DNA of 64,000 nt from Antedon mediterranea (taxonomy: Eukaryota > Animalia > Echinodermata). Under the pieces are notes generated by a model, which worked only from the letters and a program-made list of their open reading frames with translations, was not told the origin of the DNA and did no database searches. The stretch is taken from the NCBI RefSeq assembly GCF_964355755.1, contig NC_092673.1, forward strand, positions 24,921,648-24,985,647, in the 5' to 3' direction. Shown piece by piece: positions 40,501 to 53,457 of the stretch (positions are counted from its first letter, which is position 1; every line of letters starts with the position of its first letter). Made by a program: the position numbers and the translations under genes.

Positions 40501-40757
40501 CTGGCTAGCCGAGCTTGGCCTGGCCCTGGGGAGGCTAGCTAGCCTAGGCTAGTAGTGGGCCTAGAGTCTCAGTATGCCTAGTTAGAATAGCAAGCTATAG
40601 GTAGGCCTAGCCGGCTAGGCCTAGGCCCAGGCCTAGTCAGGCTTCGTGGCAAAGATTTAGCATTTAAAAAATTCATACTTAACTAATTATTTACGTAAGT
40701 CTTACCACCCCTTTCAGCAATCAATGCTGACTCGACAGAGTCAACACAGACTTCCAT
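37501..40757 (-). CDS. CUTC: Copper homeostasis protein CutC; exons ~40706-40757, 40049-40108, 39382-39551, 39028-39069, 38549-38585, 38213-38375, 37501-37722
   Basis: MEVCVDSVESA..AERGGANRIELCSSLIEGGITPS, PIFVLIRPRGGDFCYS, GANGIVIGFL, AFDMV..., RVLTSG, IIVMPGGGI, EYHCSA; TGA at 37501-37503. Confidence 0.95.
39723..40044. mobile_element. MITE with long imperfect TIRs in CUTC intron 2
   Basis: TACGCCTTTTTCACGAAACGGAAGACATC...GGGAAGCGTAACCAACAGAA vs TTCTGTTGGTTACGCTTCCC...GATGTCTTCCATTTCGTGATAAAAGTGTA. Confidence 0.75.
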
Positions 40758-41511
40758 TTTCAGATGTTTTAAAGAACAAAACAAAGTTTATTCTTCAACA
40801 AACCAAGCGTTAACAAACTACACAATAGAGACCATCAGTAACGCGTTGCGCGTTTCCGTCTCATCTGAGAAAAGTTTCCTGTTGTTTTGACACAGAGGGC
40901 AGCAGACACATGTGCTCATAAAAAAACTCAAAACTCTCTTCGCTCAAGATATCGTAAAAATACACTAAAATTGCAGAATATTTCTTATGTTGCAATAAAA
41001 CCGTGAAAATACACTGTTCTCCTTTATAATAATTGAAAGGTATCTTTCAGTAAACGAGTGTACTTAACTTATTAAATGTAGGCTAGGCTAGCTAGGCCTA
41101 CTAGTCTACTAGTTAGGGCCTAACTAGTTTAGGGATCCCCTAACTAGGTAGGCTGCCGCGCTCTCTTTTCCCCACACTCTCAGCCGCCTTTAAAAGTCGG
41201 CCATAACAGCGCAGACTGTCGATCACGAACAGTCAATAGGCCTAGAATGTAATCTATCTATTCTAGCCTAGACTCTTGGTCTGGTATGTATTTAAATTAA
41301 TTTATTATGTACGTTAAGATAAACGTACTGCCTATTATATTATTACAAAAAAATGCATTTTTCTTTGGCTACATTTTTAACATATATAAATGATGCATAT
41401 ACTGTACTACTAATAAGTAATATTCAATGTTAACAGTGTTAGTGTCAGTTGTGAAATTACTACTGTGTATTATAAGTAGATAACCTCTATCAGTATCTCT
41501 TTTTTTTACAG

Positions 41512-42418
41512 ATGTTCAGGACTGCTTTGCTAAGACTGGCAAGTCGTCGTGGAGTAAGCAGGAAAACACCAATATTGCAACAACCTCTACAAAACTGTTC
41601 TCCTCCTCTATATAAAGTACTCCCGGACAATGTTGTCAGTAACCATGTTATACCAGAGTCGTTAAAAAGATCATTTTCCACATTTTTGACAAAGTCTTAT
41701 GTGACTCGACCTATTGTAACTGCTGGGATGTTTTTAAATGAAAGAAATGCAAATGTGTAAGAAACGTACCGCTGTATCATAAAATAGTTTAATTTAAAAC
41801 TAAAAAAACAATTAGAATATTTTTCTGGTAAGCTTACTATTCATTTATCGCTGTAACCCTTTCTGGTTTTTTTTTCCAGACCACATTTACTAAGAGTAAC
41901 TGCATCTACAAACGACCAACCATCAAGGATGGTTGTGCGTTGTAGTATGAACAAGGGAAAAAAGAAAACCGTTAAGGCAGTTATTTCCAGATTCTACAGA
42001 TTTTCAAAGTAAGCATTCAATACAATTAAATGGAACCAACAAAGTGTCCTCTTTATAGGGGATGGCTTATGTGAATAAGAATAATTATAGTTATGACATT
42101 GTTTAATACTTTCAATATTTCCTTTTTTTTAGTGGATTATGGCTTAGAAGATATGCTGGCTATAAAAAGAAGCTTTTTAAAAAGTCTTTAAACCGAAAAA
42201 AGCGAATTAAAAATCATATTTTCTGCAGCAGAACGCAATCGAAAATGTTAGATTTAATGGTGACTAGATACTGGAGAGAACGTAAATATTATGTTGATCA
42301 TCCTTATGACAAGTACCAAGAAAGAAACTTTAACGGATTTAAAACATGGCCTGGTGAGAAAATTGCACATGCCAACTATGAAAGAGTTGGAAAACATGGC
42401 TATAGAATGAAGGACTAG
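41512..42418 (+). CDS. MRPL35: Mitochondrial ribosomal protein bL35m; exons 41512-41756, 41880-42008, 42133-42418
   Basis: Arg-rich presequence, then [36 protein letters not shown]...IFCSRTQSKMLDLMVTRYWRERKYYVDHPYDKYQER. Splice phases are consistent. Confidence 0.93.
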
Positions 42419-42826
42419 ATATACTGTGCATCAAGGAGGAATAGGATAAATTTGGGAGGGGACAAGGGATTGATGAGGGTTTAGGGTAGAGAGAACACCG
42501 AATCAACCCATTACAATACAACCAAAGTATAACGATACATTGTACTTGTCACGTCCCATAAAAACATTAAGGATTGTTCAGTAGCAGATATTAAATTTAT
42601 ATGAAAAAGAGATCATATTTAGTGTTATCAATGTTTTTAATCAAGCAACACAATTGATTTATTTAAAACGGTAAAGAATGGTAACAAATATACATAATAA
42701 AGTTATTTTATTTCTACAATATTCACTGCTACCAAAAAAAAACAATCTATAGAAAAATATGCATCACATCATCTATAAATATAATAAGGAATATTCAAAA
42801 TAAATGTACATGGATTATTCATGGAA

Positions 42827-45800
42827 TTAGTCATCGGAAGATTCTGATTCGCACCAAGAGTTAACTTCTGATGCTCTACTTTCAGGAGGTGGTTCACTTT
42901 GTAGGCTATCATTGGCATCAATAGATTTTTCATCCATCTCTTCATTAACAGATTTGTCATCGACCTCTTCATTCACAGATTTGTCATCGATCTCTTTATT
43001 ATCTACAGTTTCATTTGAATAAACTCGTTCATCAGCTATTTCTTCTTCAGCTATTTCTTCTTCAGCTTCATCTTTAGCAGAATGCTGGGCATTCTTGATA
43101 GCCTCGATAGCTTCTTCAAATTGCTCAATATCAACAGATTCTACATTTGATGTCATGTCAGTTGATGGACGGACACTGTCTTCCACACTCATCAGGTCAG
43201 GAAATTCTTTATCGAGGTGATCACCTACAGATATCGTTTCCACAAGAGTACTGATTGAAGTGCTTCTGTCCATCGGTGATTCAGTAACAGCTGGTTTAAC
43301 ATCACTTGCTTCAGTGTCGCCTGTTTGTGAAGGTTTTTCTTCCATTTCTTTTTCTGGGATTGATTCCAACACTTCTACATTACTTTTTGATGCGCTACCT
43401 TCATCTGTTTTATCATCTGGATGAGCAAATTCATTATACTCATCTGAGGTGCAGATACCTTCGTAAAGATCAATCAGTTTCTCAAGCCGCTCTTCAGGAG
43501 TTCTCCTGTCATGTGCAGATTGGACTCTACTTCCTTTGGAGGATCCTGTGAGGCCACCAGTACGATGATCTCTTCCACCATTGGCCAGAAACAAAGACGT
43601 GTCAGAGCTGTCATTGATATCATCTTCGAGGCTAATGATGATGCTTGGCGTTGTTGTCCGTACACTGTGTCTGGTGGAAGGACGACTGGCACTGGTTCCT
43701 CTTGTCTTCACAGACATTACTCTTTCATCTTTATTTTCATCCCAATCCTAAAATAAAACAAGTCCAGTAAATCAATCATTGACTGCTAAAACTAAAAACA
43801 AAATATTACAACAACTTTCTCCAAGTTTATTGAAACATTCCATGAATTTATACTGGCATTCTGGTCTGTTAGAAAAGGGCTATTGAGTGATAAACGATTC
43901 AGATTCTTTCAATATTCTTACCAAGATTAGGCCTACTGAAAGTTGTTTGCATAGTGTATACAATAATACATTCCAAAAAGCAAGGCAATAATTAGAATTT
44001 TGCATGAACTAAAGTTTTGCCAAAGTGGACAAAATAAACTTACTGGTAATTCTGGTGACTTTGGTATATTGAAGTACTTGTCAACATATAAATCATTGTT
44101 CTCCTTTTTCTCATTCTGAGCAATCTTTGCTGCTATATTATATCGTGTACACAGACGTCGAACCTCTTCTTTGATCTGCAACACCATGTCCATGTCACCG
44201 TGTGAACTTAAGCCCATTGATTCTAATGCTAAAACAATTTGGCTGTAACAATAATAAGAAAAATATTACTATATGTAATACTATCTCATTTCACATATTT
44301 TACAGCAGTTAGGACTACTGTAGTCAATTTAAAATGTTAGTTGTTTACTTTTATATAATTGTTATATTAAAAAGAATATGGTGAATTTTCTCCATTCCCA
44401 TCACAGAAGGCAGTCAAACAATCATACCTTCTAACCAACTGTTCTGGCTCAACCAACAGCTTATCTTGCAGTATATAAGCTATGTCATCCCCAGTGATCT
44501 TGAGGCTTATAAGTGCTGAGCAGGCCTCGGCTCGTACTCCAGGCTCTGCCTCAAACCTCAGTGCCCAGATGATGGCGTCACGGATTGGAGTTGTCACCTT
44601 ACCAACTAATGCCAGAGCTGGAACAAAAAAACAATTATCATTTTGATGCCTTATCAGTGTATTTGATACTGTACCTCTCAAAAGTAGACATTCATAAGGG
44701 CTGCAGAAACTGTTTCAATTCTGGAGTGGTATTTATGACAATTTGCGTAAGAGAAGTTGTTTGCTACTCATCTTTATTTAAACATTTTTTAGTTAGTATA
44801 TAAAATGAAACACATACCTTGAATAGCATGGGCTTTTACTTTCCAGTTGGTATCAAACTGAGTCATAAAAAGCAGCTTTCTGAGAACTCGATCATCATCC
44901 ACAATGAGGATGCCAGCAGTCCTTGCTGCTGCTAGACGAACAGATATATAGCCATCATCAAAACACTGTAGGTACGCTGGCAATAGGCGTGCAGTCATAA
45001 TACCTAAAAAAGGCAATTATCAAAATGTTATCTTACTAATTAAATACAGTAAATCCCAAGAGAAATAAAACCGAGTTACAAGAAATATTGGTTTACTCTC
45101 AAAGCAAAGTCAAAGCACTTCTATACATCAACATAATTTGAATGGCCACTTCTTCTCTATATATATTTTCATTACCAAGGTGAGCTATCTTCTGCAGTGC
45201 ATCAACTTTGTCTCTTTCTGTTCCAGTCAAAATACGATCATGAAGGTCGTTGTGAACCTCTTTGCCGTGTCCCGTCTTGCCGAGTGTCTGTGCTGCAACA
45301 CGTCTCACTTCATGGTGCCAGTCATGCCACATTAGAGTTGCTAATTTATGCATAATATCCTACAAGAATGAGGATTGTATATATATTATTCTATCCTGCA
45401 ATTTTTAAAATGAAAATGAACCGGAGTCCGCCAGTTCTGAGCTCTGCCATTAAGAATGACATTGCCTCCAGGTTACATTTTGACATTGATTCAAGATGGA
45501 AGTAGCAAGTAATTCAATAAAAGCATACTTATAATTTTATTATTTATTATCTTTATAATAATATAATAATTATATTTTGTACTGAGTAGAGACAAAAGCA
45601 ATAAACAAATGCCCAAATATGTTAGTGATATGACATTGTCATGTTCATATATATATATACAGTATTCACATTTTTTGTCACATAAAGTTTGATAGCTAGA
45701 CAGAACTTTAGGAAACACACCCCGAAACTAACTTTACTAAAATAGAAATGAGTTGTGAATATGGCTTTCATAATAAAACCTTGTCACACTCTGATAAACC

Positions 45801-48800
45801 CACCTCTGACAGATATGAGAAAACAGAAAATACCGAAAAAAAGTAGAAAATTTACCTGTATTTCATTATCATATAAGAAAATATCAAAGATGAATGAATG
45901 AATAAAGTGGTGTAAACCACAAAAGACATAAACCCACCTTATTGACAAGCCCATGCAGTTTTGGCAAAACCTTACAAGCCATCATGCGGTGCTGCCAATT
46001 CGTACTATTCAACTGTTCTGCAATCATTGAATGTACTAGTGTGGAGTTATCACTTAACTTTGACATCAAGTGGACACACTGTTCTAGTTTTACTGGCTCT
46101 GTACTGTCAAAAAACTGTTTGACTAGTTCTCCGACGACGTATGAATCACAGACACCTGCATGAGCCAGACACTGTGCTGCGGCCCAACGCTCAGGTGGAT
46201 TGCCGACACGAATCACCTCATGAAGTGTCTTTCTTGCCTGCAGTTAAACAAATAGAATAGAAACTATATAATATATATTATTAGTAGGCACTATAGTAAA
46301 TTTATTGAATGACTTTTCTAAGATCGCTATACACTCAGTCAGTGGAAGGTTTGTACACCTCTATCAGTTCTCCTTCACCTCTCTTCTCCTCTATGGTACC
46401 ACACAATATTCTATAGACAGCTTATAGTTTATTAATTTACAAACCCATGAGAATTTTATCATTTATGCAAGTTTGTACTTGACAATATTCAATACAAGCC
46501 GGTGTCTAGAAAGTCAGATCAGTTTTCTAGATCTGAGTTTTCTAGACACCCAATTCAAGCTCCATTTTTGTTGGTATACAGCTTATCTTTCTACATGCTT
46601 AGTGGGAAGTTTGATGTGATAATAACCAGTTTATTCCACCAAAACAGTACTGGATAAGTAAACGTAAATACTATTAAGAGTAGTAATACTGTAGTATAGT
46701 CGTAAGACATTTTTAACATTTACATGCAAGTTTGTCTTACAGTGCAGTGCAATTTTTGCTTGTGGTTATTTTTCAACTATCATAAAAATGTAATCACAAC
46801 CTCCATCACAAACAGTTTAGAAACGTCAATCAAGTTAATCGTTACAATATTAGTAAAAACGCAAACAAGAATGTTACAAGGACACACTGTATACAGTGTT
46901 ATGTGTAAGTTTACATTTACATACTGTATACAGTGTTATGTGTAAGTTTACATTTATATACTGTATACAGTGTTATGTGTAAATTTACATTTACATACTG
47001 TATACAGTGTTATGTGTAAATTTACATTTACATACTGTATACAGTGTTATGTGTAAGTTTACATTTATATACTGTATACAGTGTTATGTGTAAATTTACA
47101 TTTATATACTGTATACAGTGTTATGTGTAAATTTATATTTATATACTGTATACAGTGTTATGTGTAAATTTACATTTATATACTGTATACAGTGTTATCA
47201 ATATGTCAAACAAAAATAAAGCCAGTTGGTTGGTTGGCTTGATCATGGAGATATAGCTCTAAAGTTTGATGGTCAGACAACCTAAATCTGGAACATCAAC
47301 TAACTAGTTGGTCAGTTGGTAAACAGTCATAGTCAACTGGTCACTTATTAATACGCTAGTCTTTTGTTGATAATAATATCTTTATCACAACATGCATAGC
47401 AGCACAGGTGAAGAATAGCATCAAATTAGATTACAACAATTGCATGCACATAATATAGTACTTACTTCTTCATATGGGGGCTGTTCAAATATTTAAAAGA
47501 AAATATGTTGGTTAATTTGTGGATCATCATGATAGGTGTTTAAATATTGGTAGATACCATTGACAAAAACCCTCAGCAAAAACATGTCAACTTTTGAATC
47601 ATGTATTGTATTTTAAACCTCAAAATGTGTACATTGTCTCCTATCATGTTCTTTTAATACACATGCAATTTAAACCAGGCACCCACGGAGAGCTCCATAC
47701 CTGGAATATTGTACACAATATCTGCATATATTTTATGTTAACAATACAATGTAACTAATGTATATAAAATGATTTCTGTGTTTACACGCCAGAGCTCTCT
47801 CTGTGTGTGCCAACACTTTGATCTCACCTCTTCATTTGGCCTGTTGAGTGTGTACAAAGCCATAGCTGCTGTAACCCTAACCCTGATACTCGTGTCTCTT
47901 AAGGCCTTAATAACACAGTTATAAAGCTTGTCCGGTAAAATTCCTTCTTCACTATGTTTTTTTCCTTCTTTGCCATCACTGGATTTTTTAAACGTACCTA
48001 CAATTTAAACACAAAATTATTATTATTTAATATCAAAATAAAGTACTCTAATATTGAATATTAGCTGCTGGAAAAAGTCATGTTATTTCAAAACACTTTT
48101 TCTTTTGCTAGCTGCATGAAAATAGGTGATGCAATGTAAAAAAAAACTGTGAATATGTTTAATTTGGGTGCAAAATATATTATTACATTGTGAGGTTCAT
48201 TTAGTTAATTAGTTTAAATCAATAAAATGACGTGGGTTTTCAACTTGGTGACTTGAAACTGTATAATTATTACTGTACCATGAATTATTGTATTAATTGT
48301 GTTAGTTCAAACATATGAATGAGAATGATCAATAATAATGTTTAAACACCATCATGCACACACCAATCCAATGTTTGTACCTGCTAGACAAATCATCATA
48401 CTAGTGTATTTGTTGTCGCTCTCCATTCAGTGGCGTAATGCAGAGGCCTGAGGCCCTTGGTTTAGGAAACCTAAGTGGCCTTCCAAGTTTCAACGCTGCA
48501 GGCCTCTTCAGGCGTTTTTTTTTACCTTTTCGGTGCCTATTTTTTTTCTCTGAGCACTGCTCATGGGCTTCTGGGTTTAGCCAGTGAGCGCGCTCTGTCA
48601 CTGTTTCCATTTCAATATCATTAATACCATAACTTCAATATTATTTAGTATTTGTTAGATTCAAACATATGCATATGATTGTGAATTATCAATTAATTAT
48701 TAGGTTTAAACAGAGTCATGCACATCACACGCCAATCCAATGTTTGTACCTGCTAGACCAATCATCATACTAGTTGTTTTTGCCCTCCATTTCATTATCT

Positions 48801-51800
48801 TGCCTAAAGTTCACGCAAAATTAAATTTAATAGCAACAAAAATTAGAACTCAATGGTTATTTTTCATAAGAATAAACAAAAGTGATTAATAATTAAAATA
48901 TTTAGGAGAGAAAGTCAAGTTGAGTTGGCGGTTAAGACAGGGGTCAAACCAGATTCATTGGCACAGATTCAAGGCACTCCTTGACCATACATAATTATGG
49001 TGGTACATGTAGATCAAGTTTTTTTTGATAAGGATTAAAACAGGACGCCCAGTGTACGTACATCAGTACATTTTTTGGTGTTCTGGTCTATTTAAGCCCC
49101 TGTCAGGCTAACAACTCTACCAATTAATTCACTTTGGGTCTATAGTTTAAATTTACCTGGTTAAGTTGACCTAATGGATTAAATATACATATAGAGAGTC
49201 CGGTATTTGGAGAGTTGACTGTACTTAAAATGATTGATGAATATTGTTCCAGTCTTACTTTTCAGAGGAATGCCAGGATCCGCTTGTGGTCTAAACGTGG
49301 CTGCCCTAGCAACAGTTGCTATAGCTTGCAGCCTGACATGCTCATTAATATCCGACATATCACGCTCTAAGTCGTCTATAGAACTGTCGTACCACTTGTT
49401 ACCGAGATGCCATTTATTGCGCCATTCATCAACTGGAAAAGAAAAGGTTAAATTTAGATTAAGGTAGACCGAAGAAACACAAATTAAAAACAATATGGGT
49501 AATTATATTATTAGTATTGAAAGAAGAAGAAGAAACATTATCTGTTGCAGACATTCATACTATTGTAAACACCTCAAATCCTACCTTTTTAATTTTCACT
49601 GTCAACATACATTAATTAATTTTTGTGCTTCTTACATTTTCTGTTGATTGTTTAGCGCTTAGAGGCGCCCTGCATTTCGCAAATGCATACTAAAATGGAT
49701 AAAGTCAACCATTAACAACCTCAGCTGATGTATTCGTTTGTTAAATAATATAGTATAAAATCATTGTTAGTCGACTAAAACAGGACAGAAAATGAAACTG
49801 GTAAGTGGCAGTAAAGACAATTGACATTGCAAATGTGTTCAACCACGACTAAAAAAAGTATGTCAAACCTTTAATGTTGGTTAACTGTGCGAGCGTCAAC
49901 TGTTAACATTATTCACAAACATATCAATACAGCAGCAGTGGCACCCTACAGTGGTGTTTTTTAAACTCCTACTCATCAATAGATAAAGTAAAAGATTGTA
50001 AAATTTAAATATAGGCTTCAAATGCGTCTTACCAACTCTGATAAGCGCGATATTACTCCTGTGTTGTTTCAGGGTCATGGGGTCAGGATCTCGATGAGCT
50101 TCTGCATCATAGCCTGCTTCATGAATTGATAACGTTGCTTCATTCTGTTTCAATAAGAATTTGATTTTAAATTACCATATTCTAAATTGATTTTCTATTT
50201 ACAGTACAAATGAGGTTTTATTGAAAACACATTCATGCTGTAGTTAACATGGTTGATTTCAAATCTTCCCTTCCCAGGCAACTAGATGATATATTATTAT
50301 TATTATTTGCTGTGAGATTGCAAAAATTTGACTTATATATTTGCATTATTAGTTTCTAAAACTAAAGCATAATGTTTGGATTTGATATGCAGTAGATCAT
50401 AATGAAAAATTCCAAATTTTTACTATTGGCATAGTCAAACATGCAGATAGAAAATACTGTTTTACATGCAGGGTCGACTGTGCAACATATAGAAAACTTA
50501 AATGACATGCATGGTTATGGTTGACCATGCTGATAGTCTCATCCATACAGTACTTACCTCAATTGGTTTTGGCAAGTCACTCCATTTTCTATAACCTTTG
50601 TGAGGAAGTTTGTCTTTAGTTGGTTTGTGACCCTTCTTGCTTATCTTGCTCTTTTCTTTTGAGTGCCAATGTTTAGGGTCTGCTGGATAGTTTTCTTGTT
50701 TCACCTTCCTGTATTTATTACCAGTGTCAAAGGTTAAAATTGAATTGTCTTTTCTTGGTACAAGTTGGGCTCCTGTATTTAGAAAATGAAAAGTAATTCA
50801 TGCAATAAATTAACGTCATTCAAAGATATTGTATTTGTGGATGCCAAGATAGGATAAGCAACAAGGTATGGAAAAAATTGATCCTAGCTTTGATTATATA
50901 GTATGACAGTTTAATACTGAACATCATGGTTGAGGTTTGCACAGTGTGTGTAATTTAATGTTTTCTATAGGCACAGTCAACAAATCATACAGATAGGCCG
51001 TGTGGCGCAGTGTGTTGGTCATTGATACTGGTTCGAATCCAACTCTTTTAGCATTGCTTGTATCTTTAGGCAAGACACTTTACTTTCATTTGCTTCTCTC
51101 CACCCAGGTGTATAAAATGGGTACCAGTTAGATCAAGAAACTTTGCGCTGATTACTAGCTGCATTATTATGGGAGTACGTTTCCATACAGTACGTGTTTG
51201 ATACAAAAAATTACCAGGGTAATGATGTGCAGAGCATTGAGAGCCTGCTTATATGCATTACATAAGAATGAACTACTGTATTATTATAGCAAACCGTATA
51301 AAATTGATGCATGGTCGACACCAAATATTGTCTATAGGCATGGTTGACTATTGAAATAGTGCAGTACAACTCGTTCAATCAATATTGATTGTTTTTACAC
51401 AAGTTCGTGATAATTGACCATGCCGATAGTCAATTCCATACCTGACAGCCATTCCTGTTCATATTGATTATCAGTTTCGTATATTTTATTTCCTACACCT
51501 GCATTCATTACATCCTTCAAAGTAGGCGGTGGTTTGATTTTCTTTTGAGGAATTGAGATAGTTTTAGCTGTAGCGTTGATAGCACCTACAATACAAACCA
51601 TGTATAAAGAAATGAGTGTACATTAGAGTTTATACAGATAACAATGACAAATAATTTAAGTTTCTGTAACCATGTGATTTAATTTGTAGTAGGATCTTAT
51701 AGTTGAATATAGATCTGAGATACAGTACCTGATAATTCTTTTTCTAGGTTTCGTTGGGTTCTTCGCACCCCTCCAGGAAGACGATAAAAGGAAGCTAACG

Positions 51801-52674
51801 ATTGAGAATTGATATCATCATCAATAACATCTTTTTTTAGTTCGGTTAGTGTACTGGTAGTTGATGGTACAGGAGGTAACGATTTTGGACGGGCAGGTAG
51901 ATCGGTGCCCTCTGCACTACCAAGATCACTGATGCTAGCATCGTCGCGAATGAGTGTGTCAACAGTGGTCAAAGATTCACCGTATATATCAATCAGTAGT
52001 CTGTTTAACTTATCTTGTTGAGGTCCTTCACTTAAACGTTCGCTTACGATCCAACGAGCCGTATTCTTACTCAAACTCATCATTAAATGCTCATCCCATT
52101 TAGTTGATGATTTTTTGTTTAGTTTATTCTGCTGGTTTTCATCAACAGTCTCATCTTGTGTTAAAAATACAGAAGATTTTTTCGATAAATCTTGAGGAGA
52201 GCTTACTTTTGTTTTAACCTCATCTTCTTTGTCTTTGATGTTATCTGGTTTGGGATGTTTGACTTTCTTTTTCAGAGGTTTCAACCTGTGTTGTGAGATG
52301 GTCTTTATGTGACAAGGTAGATGTTTTTTCTCGGCCCCTCGTTGGTTGTATCTACCCATAATTCCGGATGTTTTAGCGGGTTTCCGATCCACAATGCTTG
52401 AAGGATCGAACGACCTCCAAATAGCATCTTTATCGTAGGGAAGTGTGTGGGCAGCATGATGGCGTACCACCTCTTCACTGAATATTAAATCAGCACTAAT
52501 CTTTTTAATATATTTCTTATTATATGTTTCTACTGGTTGCAGAAAGTGACGACTGATAGCTTGTTCAAGGTGAAATGATTTGAAATTTCTTTCGTCATCT
52601 CCAACTTGTGGGACTTTGACCCTGTCTGCACAAACAAAAAGCTGTGGATGGAGTAGTTTTTCCTGAGCATTCAT
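42827..52674 (-). CDS. HEATR4: HEAT repeat-containing protein 4-like; exons ~51729-52674, 51442-51585, 50538-50773, 50032-50145, 49259-49433, 47828-47997, 45938-46238, 45175-45360, 44818-45003, 44428-44617, 44044-44242, 42827-43747
   Basis: Long low-complexity N-terminus, then tandem HEAT-like units (EHVRLQAIATVARAA, WAAAQCLA, EVRRVAAQTLGKTGHG, SVRLAAARTAG, WKVKAHAIQAL, EPGVRAEAC) and an acidic tail. The orthology call is from recalled similarity. Confidence 0.75.
46885..47197. repeat. 37-bp minisatellite (~8.5 copies)
   Basis: Unit ATACTGTATACAGTGTTATGTGTAA(G/A)TTTACATTTA(T/C). Confidence 0.95.
48428..48603. mobile_element. hAT-like MITE
   Basis: CAGTG...CACTG ends with a near-perfect 8-bp TSD, TCTCCATT (48420-27) and TTTCCATT (48604-11). 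Confidence 0.7.
50996..51288 (+). mobile_element. tRNA-derived CORE-type SINE
   Basis: GGCCGTGTGGCGCAGTG (A box), GGTTCGAATCC (B box), TAGGCAAGACACTTTAC...CTCTCCACCCAGGTGTATAAAATGGGTACC (CORE-like) and a (TTA)n tail. Confidence 0.8.
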
Positions 52675-53457
52675 AATTGCCTGATAATAAAACAAAAAAA
52701 TAGATACTGTAATTATTTAATATAAGAAATTAAAAAACCCATACATAGCAATCTATGAAAAAAGGCCTCACTCAATCACACACAGCATACAATATAATAT
52801 AGGACCTAGCCTAGCTAGGCCTATAAAAAATAATATTTCTAAGTAGGCCTAAATTTAATTGGCTACTAGGCCTAGTAGTAGTACTACTACTTCCCTACTC
52901 TAGGCCTACCCTACCACTACGTACTCTAGTTGGGTAGCTACCTAGGCCTAGCCTACTCCCCGGTTGGACCGATGGACCTACTAGTCCTAGCCTACTACAG
53001 CTAGCTAAAGTTAGTAGGCATAGGACTCTCACTCAAGAGCATATGATAATGGCATGATGATGATGATGATGGATGGATGATGGAGGCTCCAGTCAGCAGA
53101 GTCTAGAGAGTCAGGAGTCACTTCTACTGCTGGGAAAACTAATAGTAATAGTAGCTAATAATATGCCTAACTAGCTAGCTAGCATACACACACATACTAA
53201 CCTGATTTCTATTTATTTTATTTATGTTTCATTTTCATATTATACAATATAATTATTGTTTTGTCCACCCTCCTTTCCCACCACACTCTTTCGAGTCTAG
53301 TCTCTCGAGGCTTGTGTCAAGCTAGCCGACAATAAGCCAGCCGACAATAAGCCAGCCCACTTTTATTTTTTCCAGCCGACAATAAGTATGAAACGCCGTT
53401 TGTGTATTTTTCACACTTTCAGTATTGCTTAAGGTTTTTATAGTATTAGAAATTCAA

